Positions 1-10,100 are shown, counted from the stretch's first letter. The stretch is 64,000 nt of DNA from Candidatus Thorarchaeota archaeon (GCA_011364985.1 RDOC01000001.1:320001-384000); one strand, 5' to 3'. The notes: a model not told the origin generated them from the sequence alone. A program made the numbers and translations.

Positions 1-329
1 TCATAGCCCTCGTCGAGCTTTTCGAACAAGAGTGGGAGGTATTTTGGATGGTGAGAGAAATCAGCATCCATCACTGCAACATGGCCCTTGTTTGCCCTAA
101 CTGCGCCTTGCTGCACTGCGCTCGAAATCCCTAATTTGTGGCCTCTTTCCAGCAGATGAACATCATACTGCTCACTTAGTCGTTCTACAACATCAATAGT
201 GCCATCAGTACTATTATCATCAACAACAAGAACAGAGGTATTATCTTCTCCAATGTAGCGAAAAATCAAGGGTATGAGGCGTCCAACATTTGCCGCTTCG
301 TTTACTGTTGGGATAATGATAGTTCTCAT
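1..329 (-). CDS. GT2 glycosyltransferase, dolichol/polyprenol-phosphate mannosyltransferase-like (runs off the window edge)
   Basis: Manual translation MRTIIIPTVNEAANV...VLVVDDNSTDGT...VAVMDADFSHHPKYL shows the GT2 motifs IIPTxNE, VVDDxSxDGT and MDADxSH. Confidence 0.85.
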   Translation of the reverse strand, partial: MRTIIIPTVNEAANVGRLIPLIFRYIGEDNTSVLVVDDNSTDGTIDVVERLSEQYDVHLLERGHKLGISSAVQQGAVRANKGHVAVMDADFSHHPKYLPLLFEKLDEGY

Positions 330-430
330 AGGGATAGTAGCACCGCAGTTGACTTTCCCATGCTCATAGGCAACTCCACCAATGGAAACCTTTGCATTAA
401 GAAGGTTCCGAGTATGTTAAGCAGAAAGGA

Positions 431-1294
431 TCAATGTCCAGAAGCGAATTCCAGAGCGGCTTGGGCGGCTTCGATTCCTTTCAAATCATTAACAGGAATC
501 CAAGTTTCTGAAGGAATGTTGATAGCAAAGAGCTTCTTTTCCTTAGCTAGAGTCGGGCATACAACTGCTTCAAAGGATGACTCTCGTTCCAATGATACGA
601 GACGACGGAAGTACTCATATGAATCTGGATGAAAGATTGTAATGCCCGTATGAGCTGGAATAGCTATGGGAGGATACTTTGTCACATCCAGAACACGACC
701 ATCACGAATTATCATACCCGAGTATTGCAAAGGAGTTTCGGGAACCACCACGAATGTGCAGACACAGCCATTCTTTACTCCCTTCAAATGGCCCTCAAGA
801 AAGACCTCACCATAAGGCCGACCCATTCCTACTATCATGTCATCAGGATTATGCACAATCGCAGTAAATGAATCATCTAAGGCGCCATTGTTCAGAGCGT
901 GAAGTATAGCTCCCGCATTGCCGACTTTTCTTCCGTCAGGATCGCGGGAGTGCCTGATTCTTACACCCCATCTTGACCCATCCCCAAGATGTGCTTCAAC
1001 CATCTCAGCAAGAAAGCCTGTGAGAACCACAAAATCCTTGATACCAATTGAGGCGTAGTCAGAGATTGTTCTCTCAATCATGCTTTGCTTTCCATCAATA
1101 CTGATCATCACCTTGTTAATGCCATCACTGTGTGTTTCGGCACGTATACGAGTACCTTTTCCACCAGCAGGCAGTACAACAACGGTCTTCATTTTGGCAT
1201 TCTCAATCTCTGTCTGAGAAACCTTGGTGGTTTTGTCCTCGGTGTTTACTCTTGAACGAATTTCAGCCATAATGGATTCTAGGGTATCGGACAT
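431..1294 (-). CDS. Sugar-phosphate nucleotidyltransferase (NTP_transferase family)
   Basis: VVLPAGGKGTRIR...NKVMISIDGKQSMIE and HLGDGSRWGVRI motifs; same strand and adjacent to the GT2 gene. Confidence 0.8.
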   Translation of the reverse strand: MSDTLESIMAEIRSRVNTEDKTTKVSQTEIENAKMKTVVVLPAGGKGTRIRAETHSDGINKVMISIDGKQSMIERTISDYASIGIKDFVVLTGFLAEMVEAHLGDGSRWGVRIRHSRDPDGRKVGNAGAILHALNNGALDDSFTAIVHNPDDMIVGMGRPYGEVFLEGHLKGVKNGCVCTFVVVPETPLQYSGMIIRDGRVLDVTKYPPIAIPAHTGITIFHPDSYEYFRRLVSLERESSFEAVVCPTLAKEKKLFAINIPSETWIPVNDLKGIEAAQAALEFASGH

Positions 1295-1352
1295 TGGTAA
1301 TCATGTTTCCAATTCGAAGAAGACAGAAAAGAGTTACGAAAACAAGATTGCA

Positions 1353-1586
1353 TCATTGTTCCATCGTTCGTGCTATTTCAGCCATTTCTTCAAAGAGTGC
1401 AAGAGTTTTCTTGGCTTCTTCAGGCTTCATTTTTTCGATTGCATATCCAGTATGAACAATCACATACTCTCCCACTTTCAACTCCGGAAGCAACGTCACA
1501 CAGACCTTTTTCCGGACTCCGCCAAAATCGACTTCCGCGAAGTCTCCGTTGACTACTTCAACAAGACCTGGCACCGCAAGACACAT
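1353..1586 (-). CDS. hypC: Hydrogenase maturation chaperone HypC/HupF
   Basis: Diagnostic N-terminus MCLAVPG, plus VDFGGV and VGEYVIVHTGYAI; start moved to the MC codon at 1586. Confidence 0.95.
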   Translation of the reverse strand: MCLAVPGLVEVVNGDFAEVDFGGVRKKVCVTLLPELKVGEYVIVHTGYAIEKMKPEEAKKTLALFEEMAEIARTMEQ

Positions 1587-1763
1587 GATTGTCCACATTG
1601 AGTGGGAGTAGTCTGTTCTTTATAATCTTATGACATAACCAAGTACAAACAATGATTTGACATAGCAAAAGTTAACAATGTGAGAGAGAATATTATACGG
1701 GGAGGCAAGACTAGGTTAGCGAGTCAGCCATACCCTCTATTGGGCTGGTTGGAGGAGTTTCGA

Positions 1764-2327
1764 ATGAACAGGGCCGCTGTGTTTATCGATATTGGGTATC
1801 TTGGAAAGGTTCTGAAATACTGCTTCGGTGAACCACGCATAGACTTTGAGAGGTTCTCGGACCTTCTCTGCGAAGACCGTGAACGACTAAGAACCTACGT
1901 CTATGACTGTACGCCCTTTCAGGATGATCCGCCAACAGAAGAGGAGATGCGAAGAGCAGCAAACCATGAACGATTCGTAAATAGCCTTGCGAGACTTAAT
2001 AGATTTGAAATTCGGCTTGGGAGAACTGCAAGGAACCTGCAAACAGGAGAGTTCTATCAGAAGCGAATTGAGGTACTGTTGACTGTGGACTTAATGCGAA
2101 TGGCTTGGAGTCGTCAGATAGAAACTGCCATACTTGTTACTGGAGAGAATGATTATGTTCCTGCAATTGAGTCTGCCAAGGACGCAGGACTTCTCATCGT
2201 TATTTGGTACAGGGACTGCTTCGATCCCCAAGGAAGACCAATGACAAGAACTAGTGATGAGATACTTGGCATCTGTGACGAATGCGTTCCAATTGGTGAG
2301 GAACACATTGCCAAGTCTAAGTTTTAG
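1764..2327 (+). CDS. NYN/LabA (PIN-fold) domain protein with divergent active site
   Basis: AVFIDIGY, RTYVYD, QKRIEVLLTVD and ILVTGENDYVPAI; GGAGGAG SD before ATG 1764. Confidence 0.8.
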   Translation: MNRAAVFIDIGYLGKVLKYCFGEPRIDFERFSDLLCEDRERLRTYVYDCTPFQDDPPTEEEMRRAANHERFVNSLARLNRFEIRLGRTARNLQTGEFYQKRIEVLLTVDLMRMAWSRQIETAILVTGENDYVPAIESAKDAGLLIVIWYRDCFDPQGRPMTRTSDEILGICDECVPIGEEHIAKSKF

Positions 2328-2330
2328 ATG

Positions 2331-3434
2331 TTAGCTGACTGGTGAATAATAGATGCCTAGCTCCTCAGCCTTCGCAAAGGCGTGCCGCATTTCCTCTCTG
2401 TTTACTCCACGAGCAATATCTCTGAATCTGTCCGGTTCTCGGCGTACTCGATGTTCAGGACGATATTGACCCATTATGTTTACCATGCAGTCGGGCATGT
2501 TCTCTGATATCCACTCTAAGATGGGAATAGTGCAACAATCGACATGATTTGGCATAACGAGGTGCCGGACGATCATCTCACTGTATTCGTAGGCATGCAA
2601 ATGATTACGAGAAACAATATTGAAGTAGTCTTTGACGCCCGAGAGTCTAAGTGCACATTCATCATTTCCATACTTGAAATCTGGCAGCCAGACATCGAAG
2701 ATGTCAACCAGAAGATTCATGGTTTCCGCTGAGCAGTAGAGATTCGAATTCCAGAGCTGCGTGACATTCGCGGATTGATACTTCATAGAACCAAGAATTG
2801 TGTGAGTATTCGGAATCGGATCCCCTCCAACATAATTGATGTTCAAAGCCCCCTCTTTGTACAACGCGTCTGACACGGCAGCAAGTTCCTCCTCGCTAAT
2901 AGGATGACCGGAATTGGGATTCGTAGATATGTCTTCGTTCTGGCAAAATACACATCCAAAACAGCATGAAGCAAAGAAGATGGTTCCACTTGGGATGAGA
3001 GGCGCCTCTTCTCCGGTATGAAGAAAGGCAGATGAAACGTGGGATGTTCTACCAAGACGACACCATCCTTTCTCATCTCGCGTTCGATCTACGCCACATC
3101 TGCGTTCGCAGAAGTGACAATGCTGAAGGATCCTATTGGCGATTTCCGTTTTCAAATCAAGAAAGCTGGTTATCGGGCGATGTTCTTCTGTGATTCTTTC
3201 CTTGCCGCTATCCACAGCATCAACATATTCAGTGTGAGCCGCTGAAAGGTCTTGATGCGATTTCCAGAGGGCGTCCAAGGAGTCCTTCAGATCTCCTGTA
3301 AATGCTATATCCTTGGATAGAAGATACTTCGCCCATCGTTCTTGGTCTATAATCCCGCGATATCTTCTTAGTCTACGCACTGTTTCAGTATCTTTCCAGA
3401 CTCTAACAGCATCGGGTCTAAATGTGCGCCACAT
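2331..3434 (-). CDS. Radical SAM protein, PflX/PFL-activating-enzyme-like family
   Basis: CHFCERRCGVDR N-terminal cluster, GEEAPLIPSGTIFF, CCFGCVFCQN (CxxxCxxC), PDFKYGND and VRHLVMPNH. Confidence 0.85.
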   Translation of the reverse strand: MWRTFRPDAVRVWKDTETVRRLRRYRGIIDQERWAKYLLSKDIAFTGDLKDSLDALWKSHQDLSAAHTEYVDAVDSGKERITEEHRPITSFLDLKTEIANRILQHCHFCERRCGVDRTRDEKGWCRLGRTSHVSSAFLHTGEEAPLIPSGTIFFASCCFGCVFCQNEDISTNPNSGHPISEEELAAVSDALYKEGALNINYVGGDPIPNTHTILGSMKYQSANVTQLWNSNLYCSAETMNLLVDIFDVWLPDFKYGNDECALRLSGVKDYFNIVSRNHLHAYEYSEMIVRHLVMPNHVDCCTIPILEWISENMPDCMVNIMGQYRPEHRVRREPDRFRDIARGVNREEMRHAFAKAEELGIYYSPVS

Positions 3435-3487
3435 GACTCAAATTGGGAAGCTGCATCATATGATAAAAGGGCTACGAAGATTGTGTT

Positions 3488-4486
3488 TCATATTAAGCTT
3501 GCACGTAGTCCTTCTGCACTGAGTTGACTTACAAAGCGAATCGATTGAACAAGAACCTGAATGCGTCTTCCAAGTGCTTTTGGAGTGAGGTTATTCCGAC
3601 TCTGAATTAGGTCCATACTGGCCAAGAGATCAGTCTGTATAGGGGGCTCAGTGATGAAGAGTGATCTGCCACCTAGAAGACTTTTCGTGAAATGCCAGTG
3701 TTTGTACTTCTTTGCCTTGTCTGCCACCTTGTCGGGGTAGCTAAAGTCATCCAAGCTAGTCCAATTCAGCCCCACGACAACATCGGCATTTATGGAAGGA
3801 ATACTGAATTCAGTTGCTTCAACAAGGCTGCCATTATTCTCCTCAGCCAGCTGCTCAGCATTCCTGATAATACGCCGCATTAAAGAGAATTCTGGGGGTG
3901 ACGCAACCACCATTTCTGCACCCAATTTGGCACCTAGTGTGAGAAGGCTGTGAGCTAGATTCTGATGCGTGAAGCGAGATCCATATCCCCAAGAGATTGC
4001 AATCCTCCGCCCTTCAATATTCCCTAGCTCGCCCCAGATTGTTGAGAGTAAGCCAAGTGCTGGTTGAGGCGCATAGATGTCATCCATCATACTGACCAAG
4101 GGTACTTGAATTGTATTGGATAGTGTTTCTGAGAGAGAGCGCCCATATCCAAAGGTCTCCTCATCGATAAAGCCTGTCACGAGAGTGTCAATATATGGGC
4201 TCACCATCTGGGCCTTGGCAACTATGTCTTCAGTTGACATGGTGAAAACAGAATCTAAGCTGAATCCAACATGCCTATAGCCAAATCGAGCACCGGCAAG
4301 ATTCAGAATCTCTAGTTCGCCTGCTGGAATTCCTCGAAGTAATGAACCAATGACAAACGGTCTTGCGTCTTGGTCCAAGGTTCCTTTGGAACGATCCAGT
4401 CTAAGAGACGATTCAATTATATTTTCGAGTTCCTTTCGCGAGAGGCTGTCCACAAATGACCCTCCTTGGAATCGATTACTATGCAA
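3488..4486 (-). CDS. Carbamoyltransferase-fold protein (OTCase/YgeW-like) with degenerate catalytic motifs
   Basis: C-terminal half (IEGRRIAISWGY...MVVASPPEF...ADVVVGLNW...KYKHWHFT) resembles YgeW-type transcarbamylases; STRT and HPxQ are absent. Confidence 0.65.
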   Translation of the reverse strand: MHSNRFQGGSFVDSLSRKELENIIESSLRLDRSKGTLDQDARPFVIGSLLRGIPAGELEILNLAGARFGYRHVGFSLDSVFTMSTEDIVAKAQMVSPYIDTLVTGFIDEETFGYGRSLSETLSNTIQVPLVSMMDDIYAPQPALGLLSTIWGELGNIEGRRIAISWGYGSRFTHQNLAHSLLTLGAKLGAEMVVASPPEFSLMRRIIRNAEQLAEENNGSLVEATEFSIPSINADVVVGLNWTSLDDFSYPDKVADKAKKYKHWHFTKSLLGGRSLFITEPPIQTDLLASMDLIQSRNNLTPKALGRRIQVLVQSIRFVSQLSAEGLRASLI

Positions 4487-4563
4487 TAGTACAATCGCAG
4501 ATGCTAGGCAATGCTTAAGACCATATTGAATGCTTCAGGCATTAACAGCAGGAGGTACAAGTA

Positions 4564-5865
4564 CTGACCGCCTATGCGAAGCTCCTGAAGAGGATTCGAG
4601 ACAAGACAGCTGTTATTGGTGTCATAGGCCTTGGGTATATTGGCCTGCCAACAGCTCTATTCTATAGACGAGCAGGCTTTACGATTTATGGAATTGATAC
4701 CAACAAGGAGCTAGTTGACGAATTGAAAGAAGGCAAGATTCGCATGAAAGAGGAGGGGCTTGAGAAGATTGCAGAGAAGTATCTCTCGGAGATAAAAGTA
4801 GGGACTTCCTACGAGGGAATTAGCGAAATCGATGTCTTTGTTTTATGTCTACCAAGCCCGATAGATGAGGAGGGGAAGCCCGTCGTTCGATACTTAGAGA
4901 ATTCGGTGCGAGATATCGCGAATCGGGTAAAGAAGGAATGCTTGTTACTCGTGGAGAGTACGGTCCCAGTCGGGACAACTGAGAAACTGGCAGAGATCTT
5001 TAGGGATGTCAATGGAAAGAAGCTAGATCATGATTTCTGGTTTGCTCACTGTCCGGAACGAGTTCTCCCAGGCAAGGTTGTGGAAGAGATGAATTCCAAT
5101 CATAGACTGGCTGGTGGTGTTACGAATGCATCTACGGAGTTGGCAGTTGCTTTTCTCAACACAGTATTCCATGCGGAGCTTATTCATGCGACAAGGTCTC
5201 GTATATCTGAAACGGCGAAACTTGCGGAGAACGCCTTTAGAGATGCTAACATAGCATATGCGAATGAGCTTGCTAAGTTTTGCACGGTCCTTGAGATCGA
5301 TGTTACGGAAGTCATCCAACTTGCGAACCTTCATCCACGAGTCGATATATTGAATCCAGGGCTGGGTGTAGGCGGCTATTGCCTTCCAAAAGACGGATGG
5401 ATCCTGGTGGAATCGGTACGACCATTTGGTGAAGAAGGAATACTGATTCCGGCTGCTCGTCAGGTAAATGACAGCATGCCGGCACATGTATCCAAAAGGA
5501 TTCGAGAGACAGTTCTAGATATGTCATTGCGTCCAACAATCGGAATTCTCGGACTCAGCTTCAAGCCGGACGTATCTGACACCAGAAATAGCCCTGCGCT
5601 GGACCTGATTAAACTCCTAGGCTTCACTGGAATGGAGGTTGTCGTGTACGACCCCATGGTTTTTGAGAAACATGGAGACAAGAAAGTAGAATCACTGGAG
5701 GAGGTTCTTGCTTCTTGCGATGTACTTGTGCTCGGAGCAGCGCATCAGATTCTGAAGAAGGAACTCCAGAATAAAGATCTTTCTCAGAAGGTCTTTGTTG
5801 ACCCACATGGTACGATGATTGATATTGCAACCCAGGTAAGGAAGTATATTGGTCTCAGTGTCTAG
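4564..5865 (+). CDS. UDP-N-acetyl-hexosamine dehydrogenase (WecC/WbpA family), probable CTG start
   Basis: Frame is open upstream of the ORF-track start and contains VIGLGYIGLPTA; also ESTVPVGTT, CPERVLPG, KLAENAFRD, GVGGYCLPKD and GLSFKPDVSDTRNSP. GGAGGT at 4551-4556 precedes CTG 4564. Confidence 0.9.
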   Translation: MTAYAKLLKRIRDKTAVIGVIGLGYIGLPTALFYRRAGFTIYGIDTNKELVDELKEGKIRMKEEGLEKIAEKYLSEIKVGTSYEGISEIDVFVLCLPSPIDEEGKPVVRYLENSVRDIANRVKKECLLLVESTVPVGTTEKLAEIFRDVNGKKLDHDFWFAHCPERVLPGKVVEEMNSNHRLAGGVTNASTELAVAFLNTVFHAELIHATRSRISETAKLAENAFRDANIAYANELAKFCTVLEIDVTEVIQLANLHPRVDILNPGLGVGGYCLPKDGWILVESVRPFGEEGILIPAARQVNDSMPAHVSKRIRETVLDMSLRPTIGILGLSFKPDVSDTRNSPALDLIKLLGFTGMEVVVYDPMVFEKHGDKKVESLEEVLASCDVLVLGAAHQILKKELQNKDLSQKVFVDPHGTMIDIATQVRKYIGLSV

Positions 5866-5930
5866 GTCTTGGCAGGAACAGGCGAGTATCCAAATACTTA
5901 ACCGTCATAGTCTATCCGAAGAAAGCTAAG

Positions 5931-6698
5931 ATGAAGAAGCTTTTAGTCACTCTGACCCCTGCCGAAGGCAAACGTCTCATTGCCAAGGGCCTATTAGCAA
6001 CCAAGCAGGTGAAACACGCTTTAAAGAGCGGTTATCTCTGTGTGACTCTTGGAAGTACATCATCCTATCTTGTGGAAGAGATTCTAGGAGAGTATGACAA
6101 GACGAGGCATCTTGCAGGACTTGTTGTTCCTAAAGGCCCTGCAGTCACCGATGGAAAAATGCGAATGACTGATGCAATATTCCATAAGGGTCTACTTCTT
6201 GAAGGGAAGAAGGTTATTGATGTCTTGGATGAGCTTGGGCCTAAGGATGTCATAATTAAGAGCGCAAATGCATTGGGTTCTGACTACATTCCAATTGTAC
6301 TGCTAGCGAGCAATACTGCCGGAACAATAGGAACATTCCTTGGGGCTGCTGCTGCACGAAACATTACTGTTATCATGCCAGTGGGTCTGGAGAAATCCAT
6401 ACCTGCAAGCTATAATGACTTCAACGCGGAGTTCGGAATGAACGATTGGGATTATGCAATAGGAACCCCAGTTGGAGCAATATCTATTCCCAATACGATT
6501 GCCTTTACCGAGATTGAGGCTCTGGATGTGCTATTCGATGTGTTCACCATTCCCATCGCTGCAGGAGGGCTGAATGGTGCAGAAGGTGCTGTCACCTTCT
6601 ATGTAAGCGGCGACGACAAGAACATCAAAGATACCCACGATTTCCTTCTTACAATCAAGGGAGAACCATTATTTCCCCATGTTAAGCATGTCAAGTGA
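5931..6698 (+). CDS. Conserved hypothetical protein
   Basis: 255-aa ORF with protein-like composition (TLTPAEGKRLIAKG, PVGLEK, AAGGLNGAEG); heads a co-directional run with the ABC genes. Confidence 0.7.
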   Translation: MKKLLVTLTPAEGKRLIAKGLLATKQVKHALKSGYLCVTLGSTSSYLVEEILGEYDKTRHLAGLVVPKGPAVTDGKMRMTDAIFHKGLLLEGKKVIDVLDELGPKDVIIKSANALGSDYIPIVLLASNTAGTIGTFLGAAAARNITVIMPVGLEKSIPASYNDFNAEFGMNDWDYAIGTPVGAISIPNTIAFTEIEALDVLFDVFTIPIAAGGLNGAEGAVTFYVSGDDKNIKDTHDFLLTIKGEPLFPHVKHVK

Positions 6699-6716
6699 AA
6701 GGAGAGTCTCTCACCA

Positions 6717-7478
6717 GTGTCTGAAACCGTGATTCGAACCGAACACCTCAGCAAGACCTTCGAAAAAGGAAAGGCACAGGAGGTACGTGCCCTCAAGAGC
6801 GTGAGTCTTGACATCCAGAAGGGCGAGGTCTTTGGATTACTGGGGCCTAACGGAGCAGGAAAGACAACTCTCATTCGTATTCTTGTTGGTCTCCTGACGC
6901 CTACCTCTGGAAGGGCGTGGGTACTTGACAGGGACGTGGTTGAGGATATTGATTACATCCGCCCGAGAGTTGCCCTACTACCTCAGGAAGCAGGTATCTA
7001 TGAGCGGCTTACTGCTCGTGAAAATCTCATCTACTACGGTGGCCTCTATGGAATTCCGGATGATGCCCTGCAGGAACGAACCGACAGGCTCTTGGACATA
7101 GTTGGTCTTAGAGAGAAGGAAGACTATCAGGTGAGGGGATTTAGTGGAGGCATGAAGAGAAAGGTGCTTGTAGCCCGTGCCCTAATCATTGAACCACAAA
7201 TAGTCTTTATGGATGAGCCAACCACAGGAATTGATACGATTGGTGCTCGTGTTGTTCGAAACATGCTCAAAAAGATAAGCTCGGAACACAAGCAGACGGT
7301 CATTCTCACAACACATGACCTCCATGAAGTAGAGGAGTTATGCAATAGGGTCGGAATCCTGAACGATGGGAATCTTGCTGCAGTGGGGAAGCCTAGCGCA
7401 CTCGAAGAAGAATTCAAGGCGGCAAACCTAGAAGAGGTCTTTACCGGCTTAGTCACAGGAGAGGGTGTATATGATTAG
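6717..7478 (+). CDS. ABC transporter ATP-binding protein (ABC-2/NatA-like)
   Basis: Walker A GPNGAGKTT, signature FSGGM, Walker B VFMDEPT, H-loop TTHD. Confidence 0.95.
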   Translation: MSETVIRTEHLSKTFEKGKAQEVRALKSVSLDIQKGEVFGLLGPNGAGKTTLIRILVGLLTPTSGRAWVLDRDVVEDIDYIRPRVALLPQEAGIYERLTARENLIYYGGLYGIPDDALQERTDRLLDIVGLREKEDYQVRGFSGGMKRKVLVARALIIEPQIVFMDEPTTGIDTIGARVVRNMLKKISSEHKQTVILTTHDLHEVEELCNRVGILNDGNLAAVGKPSALEEEFKAANLEEVFTGLVTGEGVYD

Positions 7479-8688
7479 TGGATCTCGACAGCATAGACTG
7501 GACCCAAAGATGGTTTGGTTGCTAAGAAAGGAGATTAAATCGGTTCTTAGATCTAGATGGCTACTTGTGGGATTCATTATTAGTCCGTTATTTGCATGGA
7601 TGTTCCAAGGAGCCTTCCTAGGTTTCGTCTATGCACAAGCCTCTGTGGAGCCAGAACGCATCTATATCACAAACGAGGATGCAGGAATATGGGGAGATTA
7701 TGTCTATGGAAATCTTTCGGAATCAATGGACACACTTCTAATCTCAGAGCTTGTTGATGTCACATATGAAGAAGGAGTGGAGATGACTGACAACATCACT
7801 GTGTCAGTCTGGATTTATATTCCAGCGTATTTCACCGAGAAGCTGTTATCAAATACTACTTCTCATATAAGTCCTCTAAACATCACATATAATGCTGCTA
7901 GTTTCAGAGCTTCATCTGCTGCAACTAGACTCACTAATTACATATCTGGCATTGTGAATAGTCTCCTTATTGAAAGACTGGTGAATATCCAGCGAAATTC
8001 TGTTGCACCTCAGGCGAATTACGGTCACCAGCTCGCCATATTCTTGGTCATGCTGACCTCGGTTCTAGCTCCCAGTCCATATGTAGGTCAGTCTTTTGCT
8101 GGAGAGAGAGAGCGACATACCCTAGAAGCGCTCTTGGTTGTGCCGATGAGCCGTTTGAGGATTCTTTTCACAAAACTCGTGGCAGGACTCCTATTGACTC
8201 TCATATACTCAGTATTCACTGTGGTGGGAATTGTCACGTACAATCTCTTGGTCATACTAAGAGCCCAAGGTGCAATTGGAGGGGAGGCGGCCATTGCATA
8301 CTATAGCGTTGATTTAGCATCTGTTCCCCTAATCGTGTTTTGCCAGCTCCTAGTTCTGCTGACCGCAATTTCAATCGGCGTTGTTATCTCATGTATCGCC
8401 AAGGATCAAGCTTCAGCCGAATCAATCAACAATTTAGTACTCCTTGTGCCAACAATGGTAATTGGTATCTTGGGATTCACAGGAAGCATCCTCCAATATG
8501 GAGGCCTCTTTGGACTCGCGGTGCTGGCAATTCCATTCAGCCATGCTGTGATATTCCTAAATGGCGTACTTGTGGGAAATGCGACAGCAGCCAGTCTGGT
8601 GGTTAATGTAGTCTATATGTTAGTCTTCACCATCGTCTTTCTAATCATTGGTGCCAAACTCTTTGAGCGTGAAGCTATAATCGTTTAG
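7465..8688 (+). CDS. ABC-2 type permease (NatB-like)
   Basis: LLRKE N-terminal motif, multiple TM helices, FAGERERHTLEALLVVP; overlaps the ATPase stop; exact start uncertain. Confidence 0.9.
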   Translation: MYMISGSRQHRLDPKMVWLLRKEIKSVLRSRWLLVGFIISPLFAWMFQGAFLGFVYAQASVEPERIYITNEDAGIWGDYVYGNLSESMDTLLISELVDVTYEEGVEMTDNITVSVWIYIPAYFTEKLLSNTTSHISPLNITYNAASFRASSAATRLTNYISGIVNSLLIERLVNIQRNSVAPQANYGHQLAIFLVMLTSVLAPSPYVGQSFAGERERHTLEALLVVPMSRLRILFTKLVAGLLLTLIYSVFTVVGIVTYNLLVILRAQGAIGGEAAIAYYSVDLASVPLIVFCQLLVLLTAISIGVVISCIAKDQASAESINNLVLLVPTMVIGILGFTGSILQYGGLFGLAVLAIPFSHAVIFLNGVLVGNATAASLVVNVVYMLVFTIVFLIIGAKLFEREAIIV

Positions 8689-8702
8689 ACCGTGGATTCT
8701 GC

Positions 8703-10100
8703 CTATTGAACAGGCCACTTGGGCTGAATATCAACTCCAGATCTCTCCAGAAGAGCACGACTATGTTCAATAGCATTGTCTATGACTTGGTCTTCATTAA
8801 GAGTCAGGAGTTTCTTTCCATTCATTAGAAGACGACCATTCACAATAACCGTATCAACGGCGTGACCAATACCGGCATAAACAAGGTTCGACACAGGATT
8901 CGAATTCGGAGTTAGACCAATCTCTCTCATGTTGACAAGAATGATGTCTGCCAGTTTTCCAGTCTCCAGAGATCCTACCATATTGTCAAGTCCCATGGCA
9001 ACTGCACCACCAAGAGTGGCCATCTCAATGGCAGTTTCTGCAGGTACCACAAGAGGATTCGAAACCTTTGCCTTGTGAATAAGAGCTGCTAAGCGCATTT
9101 CACGGATCATATCGTAGGTATTGTTGCTTGGACCTCCATCACATGCAATCGAAACAGGAACTCCTGCTTCTAGCATGTCAGGAATTCTAGCAAAGCCAGA
9201 TGCCAGCTTCAAGTTGCTTGATGGGCAGTGAGCAATGTTTGCGCGGTACTTCGCTAATCGTGTCAAGTCATTATCGTCGAGGTGAATTCCATGGGCAAAG
9301 ACCATTCTTGGAGTTAGTAGACCCATTTCTTCAGCAAATTCTGTGAGAGTCTGATTGAAGTTGTCACGAACATAGCGAACATCATCCACTATCTCGCCTA
9401 GATGCATAGTCATATGCGTTTCCTTCTCCTCAGAGAGTTGGACCACCTCTTTGAATAAGTCAGGAGAGACTGCACCTAGCGAACGTAACCCATACCAGAC
9501 TTCAAGACGACCATCTGCTTTTCCATGCCATTTGTTGTACATACGATCTGTTTCGTCAAGACAAGCGTCATGGTCTTCAATCATTCCTGGATACATTATG
9601 TCTGAACTATCAGCATAGCCAGTGGAATCCATTATTATCTTTGAGAGAGCTGCCCTCATCCCAACTTGTTCGACCGCCTTGGCAATCTTATCAAACCCAT
9701 ATCTTGAGTGTATCATGCATTCGATAAAAGAGGTTGTCCCTGTTCGTATCATCTCCGCCATGCATAGCTCAGCGGAAACCTTCCCGTCATCACCCTCAAA
9801 GTTGCCCTGAAGAACCCACACGTATTTCTTGAGCCAGTCAACAAGAGAAACGTCGTCAGCACACCCGCGAATTAGGGCTTGTGCTAGATGTACATGTGTA
9901 TCCACAAGACCCGGCATGACAATCATTCCTCTGGCATCAAGAACTAGTTCTGCATTCCTGCTACTGAGAGCATCACTCTTTCCAACCTCTGCAATCCACT
10001 TGTTCTTGATGTAGACGGACCCATTTTGGAAGATTCGCCTTTTGGAATCCAGAGTGATTACATAGCCATTCTTGATAAGGATTGATTCAGGAGAGACCAT
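8703..10100 (-). CDS. Metal-dependent amidohydrolase/deaminase (MTA-SAH deaminase/AtzA/SsnA group)
   Basis: PGLVDTHVH, HLGE, AHGIH, HCPSSNLKLASG, DGGPSNN and GSLETGKLAD; start taken at MVSPES. Confidence 0.9.
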   Translation of the reverse strand: MVSPESILIKNGYVITLDSKRRIFQNGSVYIKNKWIAEVGKSDALSSRNAELVLDARGMIVMPGLVDTHVHLAQALIRGCADDVSLVDWLKKYVWVLQGNFEGDDGKVSAELCMAEMIRTGTTSFIECMIHSRYGFDKIAKAVEQVGMRAALSKIIMDSTGYADSSDIMYPGMIEDHDACLDETDRMYNKWHGKADGRLEVWYGLRSLGAVSPDLFKEVVQLSEEKETHMTMHLGEIVDDVRYVRDNFNQTLTEFAEEMGLLTPRMVFAHGIHLDDNDLTRLAKYRANIAHCPSSNLKLASGFARIPDMLEAGVPVSIACDGGPSNNTYDMIREMRLAALIHKAKVSNPLVVPAETAIEMATLGGAVAMGLDNMVGSLETGKLADIILVNMREIGLTPNSNPVSNLVYAGIGHAVDTVIVNGRLLMNGKKLLTLNEDQVIDNAIEHSRALLERSGVDIQPKWPVQ

